Of a stretch of 64,000 bases of DNA, positions 36,046 through 49,425 are shown one piece after another. Numbering within the stretch: the first letter of the stretch is position 1; every line of letters begins with the position of its first letter. This DNA comes from Phoronis australis (lineage: Eukaryota; Animalia; Phoronida). Made by a program: the position numbers and the translations under genes. Location: assembly GCA_002633005.1 (NCBI GenBank), contig NMRA01000430.1, forward strand, positions 208,671 through 272,670. Reading direction: 5' to 3'. Below the pieces are notes generated by a model that was not told the origin of the DNA, ran no database searches, and was given only the letters and a program-made list of their open reading frames with translations.

Positions 36046-37559
36046 TCGCCATGTAATAAGCTATATTTTTTATGACAAAATACATATACAAATACAAAGA
36101 ATGGGAATGAAAATGAAATATGATATCGAAAACATAATAATCTCTAAGATGGGCAATACAAAAGCGCCACAAGATATGTTGAACACAGCGCATGCCCACT
36201 GCACCTGGACGCACGGAAAGAGAACAGTAGGAAACTGGTTCATACTGCAGAGCCGTACAGTATTTTGCCAGCCGGATACCCAACCCTGACTCCAGGTGCC
36301 GAGCTTGGAGAGGTAGGTACGTCATGTCCACATGCTGCCATGTGTTTGCTCATCATTGTGTCGTGGCGTTTGGTATTGGTATTTTACTCACAGGTATACG
36401 ACTGACGGTTTCGCGTGACATAATCCAGCAACTGAGTCGGTAACACAAAAAATCTGCTCGTAACTTTTTTTCTGGTTTCTCGTGTGCCATCTGAACCTGT
36501 ACTTTGTATTCATACAAAACTGACTCTCGATACTTAAATATAAATGTAAACTTTATTAGCAAAGATGGTGTCACTTTCAGTTTTATAACGCGACCTAAAA
36601 CTACGCCACATTTGTTGGAGTGTTGCAGTGAGTCTATCGACCCTGCCTGCCTAGGACGGAAATACAAAGCAGTGAAAATTATAGATGTAATATTTATCGA
36701 ATTTTGTTACCTTAACTACATTTTAGTGGAAGAAAATGAGACATTTCACTACGTTAATACACCTAAAACATGTCTGGTCTACTAAAATGCATTATAGCTT
36801 AAACACTTTCATTGTAAAACGTTTTTTCCAAATAAGAAATTTCAAATTACCTTATGACTAACACCAGTTCTTGGTTACAGAATCAATAGCAGTCTGATCC
36901 TCAGCGCGGATACCAGCAATTCGATGGGCGCTTGTGATGACCTACTCATGTCTGCTGTATATTACCCATTTGTAAATGTATTTACTCGTTATTGTTTTGA
37001 GTGTGAACTGTGAAACCTGATGTTTCATCCTGGCGAAACGTTCATCATGAACTTGTTTGTCGCGCTGAGAATTTGGGCTCGAGGTCCAATCAGCAGTCAA
37101 AACTAGATCTCAAAAATTGTCCAATTGCATAAAACACTTCGAGCAAATTTTCAAATTTTTACCCAAACAGTGCAGCGTGATTGATTTGATTTCGAGTCTG
37201 CGTCCGAGTCGAGTTTTACGATTAGATCCTGAATTTTAGACCCAAAACGCGACATATTTTCCTTGCCAATGTCGAAAATGTCGTTTCTGTTTTTTTTTTT
37301 GGCCATAAATGGTTTCAGTAAATAGAAAAGAGTATTTTCGCGCTTCAGGTTAGTCTCGTGAATTTCCGGGAGTTTTTCCAGGAATTTCTCTACTTCGATG
37401 GATCCATTGACTCAGTCTATAGATTGAGATAGATAATTCGTTACAAATGCCTCTGAAGAAAAATAAACGTGGGTCTTCTTGCTTCCTTAAATAGTTTGGG
37501 ATGATGGGAAATCGCAGTTTTCAGTGCCACAATTTGTGCGAACTAATGCAACAAATAGA

Positions 37560-37975
37560 ATTACAAGGGGCTTAGTTGGTGGCCAAATAAAAACCAATAG
37601 TTGCCCCACCTGGTGGTAGAATCAAGATGTGTGAGTTGGTTCTCATCTAACAACCAACAGTTGCTCCATCTGGTGGTGAAGTAATTAATGACCCAAGAGA
37701 CAGATAGGGAGCTAACTGGTTGCCAACTCAGAACCAAAACCTGCTTCACCTGGCGGTGGAAACAAAATGAGGTCAGTAGACTGAGAGTGACTTTTGGTCG
37801 CTAACTAACAACCAATAGATGCTCCAACTGGTGACAAATTAGATAATGATCCAAAAGACAGATAGGGAGTTAGTTGGTTGCCAAATAACAACCAATAGCT
37901 ACCCCCACCTGATCACTGGTGGTATGCAGAACGTATACAGACTGAAAGTACGGGACTTGGTTGCCAGCTGACCAC
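37560..37975. repeat. Degenerate tandem repeat (gttggttgccaaataacaaccaatagttgctccacctggtgg-like); second copy ~43190-43605
   Basis: About six recurring ggttgcc..aaccaa..ctggtgg units. Confidence 0.7.
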
Positions 37976-38582
37976 TAATAATTGTCGTCACTCATTCTGA
38001 AGTGGTAAGCCAATCGCAGAAACAAGCAGTGAATTGGATGGTTGTCAGTGAACGCGTCTGCAACGTGTAAAGTAATGATAGAATTCATATCAGATTGATA
38101 GAATACGTTTTGAATCTCAATCATTAGTATCGATTGGGCGGTTCCTATGCTTAGAAATAACATCCGTTTAACTTGTAATTCCATGTTTCAGTAATTCATT
38201 TTGTAATACTGATCTAGGTGTGTTGGAACAGAACATCAAAACTAACCCATCGCATGCTTTAGTTAGGAACCATTGTATCTATGAGCAGTTTCTCAGCAAT
38301 CAGTGGTATGCAAAATTGGTTGATTACACGACACTTGTCGATATTAACAATCTTTATTCCGTTCCGTTCGTATCCTCGGAACAAAGTTTGACACTCAACA
38401 GAACATTGGTAAAGCAATTGACCAAGAGACATGATTAAAAGTCACACGATATTTTAAAACATACTTGTTTCATTCTCAAGTGGAAATGAAATGACGCAGT
38501 AATACCACCGCAGAGCATAAGCTGGAGACATACACACGGCAGATGTGAAATACATAACAAATGAAGGGGAGTAACAGGAAAG

Positions 38583-38860
38583 TCACGCAAACAAGTGTAA
38601 CGTGCGGCGCGACCCTGTTTGCTGCTCATTCAAAACAGGCTTCTTACATGCAATCAAAAAGGACTCCAATACTTTCAATCGCAGCACATCGTGACTCACG
38701 TTCCGAATTGACGTGTTTTCCACAATTTCTTGACGGGTGATTTTACGTTCGTGACAATGCAAAAAATGTTCTTGGATGGCGTCATTTTGAAGATGCATAG
38801 ATAACCGACGAGATAAACAGCAAACCGTTTGACTAATGTAAGATTGCTTCACGCCCTCTT
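38583..38860 (-). mobile_element. Penelope-like element GIY-YIG endonuclease remnant
   Basis: SYISQT..LSRRLSMH..AIQEH..H..RLKVLESFLI..KPVLNEQ matches the PLE YIGxT..L..R..H..I..H..L.ILE..I..P.LN pattern. Confidence 0.75.
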
Positions 38861-41800
38861 TCAAATGTGCTCCCGAAGTACAGCCAATCAGTGGTATCAA
38901 TAACTTGATCAAATTGTATTCGATATGAATGTCTCTGAGCAAAGATTAGTTCATATAAAGGAAAGATTGTTCTCATAAGGTTATGTTAGGCCTTGCGAGT
39001 ATTGACCAGTCTGCGTATTTAGCGAACTATCTACAGAACTATTGAGTTTAACTCAGTAGAGGATGTACTTTATGAAAACATAAAATGTAGAACTAGATTT
39101 TTTACTTTTACCAATCTGCCATAAATTGGATCACTTGTATTTTTGATGAAATTTAGTAAGTAAGGAAGTTACATTGATTGCGAATCATTATCAGATTTTA
39201 TTCGATATAAATGAACAAGGTAATGCCTCAAAAAACTGTTACAGCTTTGTAAGATAACATATCGTTTTTATGCGACTTAAGTTTTTTAATGAAAATCATA
39301 AAAGTCATGTATTTGATGCAAAAGTTTAAAGGCGAAGGCAACCTTTTTCCATGTCATTTTGAGCTAAAATAAGGTTGGTTGGTTATCCTAGACATATTTT
39401 CCACTTAATTACAGCTTTTCGTAATTTTATTAATTACTCGTCCTCTCTTCCGGAAGTGACGTTTTAGGAGGCAAGCATTTCGCGCCAATTTCTTTTCATA
39501 TAGTCTGACTGTGAGAGCTGCCGAGTCAGTCATTGTTCTACCTCGGTTGTGTTAAGTTCCGTCGTCGTTTGCTTTCATTTACTAGTCAGTCGATATGTTG
39601 CTGCGTACCAGGATATACTAATTATCGGCTCACGCGCGCTTTGGGAGTACCTTTGAGTGTCTCCCAGATTTTGCATGCACCCCGGACGTCGGTCGTTGGC
39701 TCTGCGATATAAGTTTCACGACGAGGTGACTAACACAACTCATACCCGGCCTGTATGAGGTCTGTAGTGTATGGTTTCACAGAGCTCAATTCACAGTGTT
39801 ACCTTGCTGTATTTTGGCGATAGTCTTGAAACAGCTAACTGGCTGGCTACCAAAAAATCTACAGTGTGCACTTCGACGTTTCGTGTTACTGTTCCGGCCC
39901 AGGGTATAGGGAATCCGGCCCAAATCCGGAATATTCTGTCTGATTGGGTCGTTCCCTTAGGTCTAACGGAATTCTGATACTGAGTTTAAAACGTTCAATT
40001 GATTACAAATTCTTATAACTAGGTGTGTTTTCATGCAATCCAGACTTTATTTCGTAGTTTTAATTTATTACAGACACTGGCGACTCACAATGTTGTGTTG
40101 CTATTAAATTTTCATTTTAGGTTGACCGAGTCAAAATGGCGGCGATTAGGCTACGGGTTGCAGCATTTCAAGGCGACTAATTTTGAAAATTAGTTTCTAA
40201 TATAAAGTTTTCAATGAATTTGATTATAATTTCTTTGTAACGTTTCCAAGTATTTTACACCAAATTAAACGGCCTATTTTCGCCTATACCAATACGGGAC
40301 ACACACACACTCGACAGCCGCCCGTATTGGAATCGCGCAGCGTTCACACCTTCGGCTTCACTGAATAAGACATGAATGCAAAGTTCCTAACATCAAAGTT
40401 TTTGTATCAAGCAAATTACTCTATTATAATAAACATTGTGAAATTGCTGATAACAATTCAGAGGAGGCGTTTTGTTTTTCCGGCTGTTTCGGCGGCCCTA
40501 GTCACACGTACTCCCGGGGATTCCAATATCGACCCGTATTAGAATATGTGCTAAATAATTGAATAAAAATTTCTAAAGGTAATGATTTTGATCAATTTTA
40601 ATATTAACTGACATGAAATGAAAAATTAAGAGTGACTCCATATAAAAACCAACAGGTAGAGTCTATACCCAAAATCACCGATTTTTTTGAAACTTAGCAC
40701 ATGAGTTTGGTTTGTTGAGATGTAGAAAAACCCCACTTTTTAAGAATTTTCATTCATTATTTTTCTTTTTATGACCTGTACCTCCATTTTGAAACAAAAT
40801 TGGGCGTCGAAGTAGGCATGTTTGAATGCATTTTACTAGCATGTGTGGTAAGGACAAAACAAATGAATAATACGAATTGAAAGGGCAATGGCTGAATAAT
40901 TTAATGGCATAACTTTCAAAATCCATTTTCAAATTTGTACGTTTTGAATTTGTGAGGCAAAAACGGCTATTTTTCAGGTTTTCACTGAAGCCATTTTCGG
41001 CCAAATTTGGCACTCTGTAGCAGCCATAACGCACCTTTCCTGAAATTGACTTTATAATAATTTGTTTAGTCATTCCTAACCTGTTCATAATCTAAAATAA
41101 AAAATCTTGCCTCTAGTGTAGTTTTTGCGTAGGAAGCTTTACACGAACTGCACTTCGTCCTTTTGCATGTTCTCAGTTGCCTCTGCTGCCAATAGGGGGC
41201 TCTTGGAACATATAATTAGCTTGCGAAACACGACATAAAAACCTTGTATTTTGGAGAAAAGTCAGACAGCATTATTAATTACCATTCTNCCTTTGATTTG
41301 AGCTTTATAGTCAGTTACTAGTGGTAACCTAATTTAGCAGACGATATTTTCCCAGTGGAAGCTTAGCGTGATAAAATGTGTAGTAAGCTATAATAGTTGC
41401 TAAACCTTAATTTATAGATTCACTTTATTTCTATGTTGTTTAAATTTTCAATTGCTTTTGAGTATAAGCATTATTTGACAAAAATAGCTCTGCTTTTCTT
41501 AAAAGATCACGACCTCCGACCCCGAGCCTCTGACATAGAAAGTAGTTACAAAGCCGAGGCGAGTCGAGAAAGGTAGGCTAGATAGATTTATTGCAATGTT
41601 TCTCGTTCAGTATGTGGTATAAACAGATTAACGCCCCTCGGGCGATAATTCTCCAAAATCCACCCAGGCTCTAGATAACGGGGGATAACGACTTCGCCAT
41701 GTAATAATCTATACTTTTTATGACAAAATACAAATACAAATACAAAGAATGGGAATGAAAATGAAATATGATATCGAAACATAAAAATCTCTAAGATGGG

Positions 41801-44211
41801 CAATACAAAAGCGCCACAAGATATGTTAAACACAGCGCATGCCCGCTCCACCTGGACGCACGGAAAGAGTACAGTAGGAAACTGGTTTATAGTGCAGAGC
41901 CGTACAGTATTTTGCCAGCCGGATACCCATCCCTGACTCCAGGTGCCGAGCTTGGAGAGGTAGGTACGTCATGTCCACATGCTGCCATGTGTTTGCTCAT
42001 CATTGTGTCGTGGCGTTTGGTATTGGTATTTTACTCACAGGTATACGACTGACGGTTTCGCGTGACAGAATCCAGCAACTGAGTCGGTAACACAAAAAAA
42101 TCTGCTCGTAACTTTTTTTCTGGTTTCTCGTGTGCCATCAGAACCTGTACTTTGTATTCATACAAAACTGACTCTCGATACTTAAATATAAATGTAAACT
42201 TTATTAGCAAAGATGATGTTACTTTCAGTTTTATAACGCGACCTAAAACTACGCCACATTTGTTGGAGTGCTGCAGTGAGGGAATCAACCCTGCCCGCCT
42301 AGGACAGAAATACAAAGCAGTGAAAAATATAGATGTAATATCTATCGAATTTTGTTACCTTAACTACATTTTAGTTGATGAAAATGAGACATTTCACTAC
42401 GTTAAAATAAATACACCTAAAACATGTCTGGTCTACTAAAACGCTTTCAATGTAAAACGTTTTTTCCAAATAAGAAATTTCAAATTACCTTATGACTAAC
42501 ACCAGTTCTTGGTTACAGAATCAATAGCAGTCTGATCATCAGCGCTGATACCAGCAATTTGAGGGGCACATGTGATGGCCTACTCATGTCTGCTGTATAT
42601 TACCCATTTGTAAATGTGTTTACTCGTTATTGTTTTGAGTGTGAAACCTGATGTTTCATCCTGGCGAAACATTCATCATGAACTTGTTTGTCGCGCTGAG
42701 AATTTGGGCTCGAGGTCCAATCTGCAGTCAAATCTAGATCTCAAATATTGTCCAATTGCATAACACACTTCGAGCAAATTTTCAAATTTGTACCCAAACA
42801 GTGCAGCGTGATTGATTTGATTTCGAGTCTTCGTCCGAGTCGAGTTTTACGATTAGATCCTGAATTTTAGACCCAAAATGCGACATATTTTCCTTGCCAA
42901 TGTCGAAAATGTCGTTTCTGTTTTTTTTGGCCATAAATGGTTTCAGTAAACAGAAAAGAGTATTTTCGCGCTTCAGGTTAGTCTCGCTTGAATTTCCGGG
43001 AATTTTCCCAGGAATTTCTCTACTTCGATGGATCCATTGACTCAGACTATAGATTGAGATAGATAATTCGTTACAAATGCCTCTGAAGAAAAATAAACGT
43101 GTCGTCTTCTTGCTTCCTTAGACAGTTTGGGATGATGGGAAATCGCAGTTTTCAGTGCCACAAGTTGTGCGAACTAATGCAACAAATAGAATTACAAAGG
43201 GCTTAGTTGGTTGCCAAATAAAAACCAATAGTTGCCCCACCTGGTGGTGGAATCAAGATGTGTGAGTTGGTTCTCATCTAACAACCAACAGTTGCTCCAT
43301 CTGGTGGTGAAGTAATTAATGACCCAAGAGACAGATAGGGAGTTAACTGGTTGCCAACTCAGAACCAATACCTGGTTCACCTGGCGGTGGAAACAAAATG
43401 AGGTCAGTAGACTGAGAGTGAGTTAGTTGGTCGCCAACAACCAATAGCTGCTCCAACTGGTGACAAATTAGATAATGATCCAAAAGACAGATAGGGAGTT
43501 AGTTGGTTGCCAAATAACAACCAATAGCTACCCCCACCTGAGCACTGGTGGTATGCAGAACGTATACAGACTGAAAGTACGTGACTTGGTTGCCCGCTAA
43601 CCACTAATAATTGTCATCACTCATTCTGAAGTGGTAAGCCAATCGCAGAAACAAGCAGTGAATTGGATGGTTGTCAGTGAACGCGTCTGCAACGTGTAAA
43701 ATAATGATAGAATTCATGTCAGATTGATAGAATGTGTTTTGAATCTCAATCATTAGTATCGATTGGGCGGTTCCTATGCTTAGAAATAACATCCGTTTAA
43801 CTTGTAATTCCATGTTTCAGTAATTCATTTTGTAATACTGATCTAGGTGTGTTGGAACAGAACATCAAAACTAACCCATCGCATGCTTTAGTTAGGAACC
43901 ATTGTATCTATGAGCAGTTTCTCAGCAATCAGTGGTATGCAAAATTGGTTGATTACACGACACTTGTCGATATTAACAATCTTTATTCCGTTCCGTTCGG
44001 ATCCTCGGAACAAAGTTTGACACTCAACAGAACATTGGTAAAGCAACTGACCAAGAGACATGATTAAAAGTCACACGATATTTTGAAATATACTTGTTTC
44101 ATTCTCAAGGGGAAATGAAATGACGCAGTAATACCACCGCAGAGCATAAGCTGGAGACATACACACGACAGGTGTGAAATACATAACAAATGAAGGGGAG
44201 TAACAGGAAAG

Positions 44212-44490
44212 TCACGCAAGCAAGTGTAACGTGCTGCGCGACCCTGTTTGCTGCTTATTCAAAACAGGCTTCTTACATGCAATCAAAAAGGACTCCAATA
44301 CTTTCAATCGCAGCACATCGTGACTCACGTACCGAATTGACGTGTTTTCCACAATTTCTTGACGGGTGATTTTACGTTCGTGACAATGTAAAAAATGTTC
44401 TTGGATGGCGTCATTTTGAAGATGCATAGATAACCGACGAGATAAACAGCAAATCGTTTGACTAATGTAAGATTGCTTGACGTCCTCTTT
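44212..44490 (-). mobile_element. Second copy of the Penelope-like GIY-YIG remnant
   Basis: Same peptide inside the duplicated block. Confidence 0.72.
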
Positions 44491-45038
44491 CAAATGTGCT
44501 CCCGAAGTACAGCCAATCAGTGGTATCAATAACTTGATCAAATTGTATTCGATATGAATGTCTCTGAGCAAAGATTAGTTCATATAAAGGAAAGATTTTT
44601 CTCATAAGGTTATGTTAGACCTTGCGAGTATTGACTAATCTGCGTATTTAACCAACTATCTACAGAACTATTGAGTTTAACTCAGTAGAGGATATACTTT
44701 ATGAAAATATAAAATGTAGAACTAGATTTTTTACTTTTACCAATCTGCCATAAATTGTATTTTTGATGAAATTTAGTAAGTAAGGAAGTGACATTAATTG
44801 CGAATCATGATCAGATTTTATTCGATATAAATAATCAAGGTAATGCCTCAAAAAACTGTTACAGCTTTGTAAGATAACATCGTCTTTATGCGACTAAAAG
44901 GCGAATATCATCCGATTTAATTAGTCTTTCTTGCCGCCTTAATCGGTCTATATCCACATCGCCTCGCATACGGTCGACATTAGCTTGCCAAGAGGTGTCG
45001 GGTTAACCTGTGAGGAAGGTGGTTCATATGCAGAGTGA

Positions 45039-45269
45039 ATGCCGCTATGTTGTGGTGCATCGTTCCCGCTTGTCCGAACTAAGCAGCTGCGAGGAAAGCG
45101 GGTATATCGTTTTTTACTTTCTCGAGAGTCCGAAATGGTTAGGAAGTGGCTCATGGTAGTGAATAATGAAATATACGCTGTAAATAGCAAGTATGAGGCC
45201 GTGAAACATCGCCGTGTCTGTGGCCTGCGGACGTCGACAGTGCCTGACGAATGCCGGCTTACCAAATAA
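45039..45269 (+). pseudogene. Degenerate THAP zinc-finger domain, probably from a DNA transposon
   Basis: MPLCC..RF(L)..RKWL..RRVCGL follows THAP spacing, but the second Cys, FP and HF are eroded. Confidence 0.5.
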
Positions 45270-48200
45270 CTCCATACGTTCCGTTGTCTGAGCTTGTTCA
45301 CGGCGCCTCTCTAGTATTTCTTCATCACTGTATTCCTGTTCGAATTGATAGCCTGTAAAACTTAACGATCCACCTGCAAAGTCGGGACTGATGAGCTCTA
45401 GCTCGTCCTAAGTGGGGATCGCGAGTTGCCATGTTGGCGTTTATTACTGTGCGTTCTGTTTCAAAATGAATTATTCTCACCTTAACCAATACTTATATAA
45501 AACTGAAACAAAGTTTGTCTCGTTAGGTGCAATTTGTAATGCCTCTGAAGTGTTCGTGAGTGCAAATGAGTTGAGTCAACAATGAATAATTCACTGCGTT
45601 ACCGGCTTTAGGTGCAATAAAACTAATTGACGGGACTCATGCTAATTTACTGTTTGCTGGCAGGAACTGTTGTGAAACAAATCGATTTCCATCCCACGGC
45701 CAGGTGTTAGGGGAATCTTTATTTTCATTTACGTTACTCAAATAATGATTGTCAATGTACAACTTCTGCCCTGACGGTGCTGTGGCCAAAGCGGAACATG
45801 AATTCGCGGCCCCCGACGAGTAAGTCAGTAGATTTTCAGTTTCGTGGCTAATTCACCAACATAATCAGGTGCACATTACTTTGGCTCACTAGTATAGTAT
45901 TTTCTTGACTGGATGTTTAGTGTCCACTGAACTTTGGCTGGTTTATGTTCGTGATGTCTGATCAGTTTCCGAGCCACTGGCGGGGATAACCAATCAATCC
46001 GGCCGGCCGCGACGGGCCTGATCGTGCTACGAGCCATTGGCCAGGTTAACAAGCGTTTTGTGTTTAGAACTCAAAAAATCACAAGTCTAAACAACACAGA
46101 TCTGTATCTCACGGAAAATACTTCGAAATTATCTCCGAACAGACTCCAAACTCCTGCTACGGACCTTATTGGCCTGCCGAACTTTGTAGGCTACGGTGTG
46201 TCCAAATACCAATAAATCCGCAAGAGCGAAATAAAACAACACGTTTTTATAAGAACTCGGTGTATTTTTAAGGGTTTTACATCGAAGTTTGATGATTTAT
46301 TGGTGTTAAACGATGACTTCAAGCGATAAGCTGACACCAGTAACCCGTGTTGTGAACCGCTGAACAGACTGTGTGTGAAACCGATGACGTCATTGGATAA
46401 TTTCAACACCTCCGTCTGCCGTCAGGTGTCAGGTAACGCAACCGTACGTGTCGTTATGGTGTAGAACTACTCGATCTAAATTGATGCAAATTAGGTTGTT
46501 TTTTGGGTGGCATGCTCCTTTAAGCATATTAAGCACTGAGATCATTCAGTGGCTAACTCAGTATGCAAAAGATTTTGACAACACACACACATCATTTCTT
46601 GTGAGAAAAACACTCGTAGCTTACATATCAGAGTACCTCAAGATTTTTAAATCGAAAGTATTATGCCATGACTCTATAACCACACGGGTACAACCACTAT
46701 TATCATCTGCTTCAGAGTCATTAACTGAAATGGACTGATATTTGTTGTCACGATTTCTACCTTTCGTCACTGACATTTTTACCGATATAAAGTAAAGCTG
46801 GTGTAAACTACCACACCATCACTTAAGATCAAAAACTAAACAATAAAGTGTCATCACTTTTACAACCTCTTTTCTTAAACCAAACCCTCTAATAAACAAG
46901 AACAGTCATCCATCAGTTTTCCATTTAACTACACACTGCATTTCAAAAATTAATTATGCAAAAATTCTCTAGTTTAGGACACTGAATGATTATTTTGATC
47001 AAAGTCGGAGTTTGTCCCAATTTTTTAGAAATTCACACAATTGTCTGTCAGAAATTCAAGGGGACTGGTAACAATTTTTTAAATGTTTGACATGAGAGTC
47101 ACTTTCTATGAACTTATAAGAGTATTCTTGCAAACTCTTATGCTATAACACAAGGTTAGGAATTTGAAAAGTACGAAAATATAAAAATCACTCATGCCTC
47201 AAATTTCAGGATGAAAAAATTAAATTTCAGCAATGATTTCTGTGTTCGGAATTTAGGAGGTTGTCTCAATCTGGAGAATTTTTAACGTAATATATCACCG
47301 ATCTAATTGCTATCATCAACTTTGTCACCTTTGCTTTCAAATTATATGTTAAAAACAATTATAAGCTATAAATGTAATCCATCACTTGCAATAAAAAATG
47401 TTCAAACTTACACCATTGCGAGCATGATGACGAATGCATGCAGCAGTCAATAGCCTCTGTACAGCACATAGTTGAGGGTTTTTGGCAAACATCTACATGT
47501 ATCCCATACATTATGGCTACAATGAAGTCATTCTTAGTCATACCAATAGCGGCTTGTCATCCAGTTCCTTCATGGGAAGTCTACGCCCACTTTTGTCTGA
47601 GGTCTTGCAAAGATCATCCAAACATGTGCAGATTTTAAACGACAGTTTCCGATCAATTTGCTCAGTTGAATCTTTAGACATGTTTCAGAGGAAAGGGTTG
47701 GGTTTTTAATAATCCTCAGATATTGAATACCCATACTCAACTAACTCGGACTCAAACTTTAACAATCTCTTTGCTCCTGTTGGCTTCTTCTTAGAAACAG
47801 ATGACGAATCAAGTAGTACATGTTTCTGTCGATCATCAAACTTAGCAATAAGATCGTTGACCTCCACTCTTGCTGATTTTAGCAGCTGCATGAGTTTTGA
47901 ACAAAACAAAATGCATGAGCAGATAAATACAGGTCTGGGGTCCAGCAAATCATTGTTGAATTGAATGTAAACGAGTGCAAAAAATCCAAGTACCTCTGCT
48001 TTAATGCAGCATTTTTTAACTTTGTGTGCATGAGAGTCAGCGTATAACAGTTTGCCACATAATATGCATGCCTTTCACCTTGCCTTTTTCAGTGGAGTAT
48101 TACAGTTCACCATCTGAAATTAAATATAATTAGCAAAGGCTTTCAATTTTTACTAGCATGACTGATGTGCCACCTAGAATTATATCTGTGTTCAAGTGTG

Positions 48201-48343
48201 TTGACTTACGTCTGTAAAATTTTAATCACTGATCAATTTTAGTACTGCAGATGGGAAATATGTGTTAATTAGCTTTTGCAGGAATTTTACTGTTACAGAA
48301 TTACAAAACAGGACTCTGCTCGGATATAATGGTCCCTGACATG

Positions 48344-48579
48344 GGGCCCCTTCCAAGAAACTGACTTAAGTTCATTTTTTACTAAAGTCTAAGATTTGTC
48401 TTAACTTTCATACTTTGAAACTTCCACATCCGGTCAGATAGTTAAAATAAAGATAAAACTTTTATCAAAAACTTAATATAATTTTAAGATCTCTTTCTTA
48501 AAACAGTCTCGAGACAAATTTAAGTTTTACTGAAATTAAAGATTTGTCTTAGCTAAGTCAGTTTTGTTGGTACGGGCCC
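48344..48579. mobile_element. PIF/Harbinger-like MITE, 3-bp TSD atg
   Basis: gggccccttccaagaaactgactta ... taagtcagttttgttggtacgggccc; atg on both sides. Confidence 0.65.
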
Positions 48580-49004
48580 ATGGATAACAAGTTTCACTCA
48601 CTGACAGTAACATACGCCCGAAGATTTAAGGCAAATTATGCCTCGCACTGGCGGGCGCGGTAAAAATAGGAGGGCGCGCAGTGTAAAACTGAATGAAGGA
48701 CTGGTCAAAGAAAAAGTTTGATTACGGGAGTATTTGTTCGAGTTGGAAGAAATTAAAGACATCAATGGGCACCTAAGTTGTCCCTATATGATTTTGATGT
48801 TTTAATCAGTGTGAGGCATAATTCTATTAATGTATGAAACTCCTAGAAGAGCTTCACCGTCTCTACTGCTAGTAGTACTGGGGCCAACTAGAGACGGTGG
48901 TCAATGTCTAATACATTGAATAATAGGCATGTTATTCAGTTGTTACATTTATCAATTTTATTCGATCATGTCCTGTCCTGTTGTTTGTATCCCATTTTCC
49001 CTTA

Positions 49005-49425
49005 TGTTTCGTTGATTACTATTAATTATCTGGTCTTGATATTATTTCTTAATGTTTTTCTGTTGTCATGTGGCGGCATCTATTGTGTAGATTGATTATT
49101 AATTTTGCATCTTCTTAGAGGGCGATATTGTTCTTATGATAATTACTTGTAAAATACCCGTATGCATCCCCAGTCATTTTAAAGTGTAGAGATGCAGTCC
49201 TGTATATCATCTCTCTCTCTCTCTTATGTTTTTGCAAAGTATTGGATTTGAAATTAGCCAACATTGAGTTGCATTTCTTCTTATTTTTGTCGACTTGTCA
49301 TCTAATTGTCTTTTTTGCAATAAACGATGGTTTATACTTTGAAGTTCAAGTCTGAAGTTATAACTCCCATGCAATTCCAATACCAGGCCAGGCAATTTCC
49401 GATTACTCAACTACGGGTTCATCCA
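49005..49425 (+). repeat. 5' LTR of the BEL/Pao element
   Basis: Starts tgtttcgttga; matches 54130-54445 plus 55837-55957; exact 3' end uncertain. Confidence 0.8.

Larger units (their letters stand above)
35546..44896. repeat. ~3.7-kb duplication (35546-39277 vs 41290-44896) restarting after the single n at 41289; probable alternate haplotype
   Basis: Colinear and near-identical with small indels; paired ORFs in the ORF track. Confidence 0.85.

Noticed and set aside
36002-38438. Paired 60-110 aa ORFs conserved between 36-38 kb and 42-44 kb
   Set aside because: The apparent conservation comes from the haplotype-like duplication, and the peptides have no recognisable domains.
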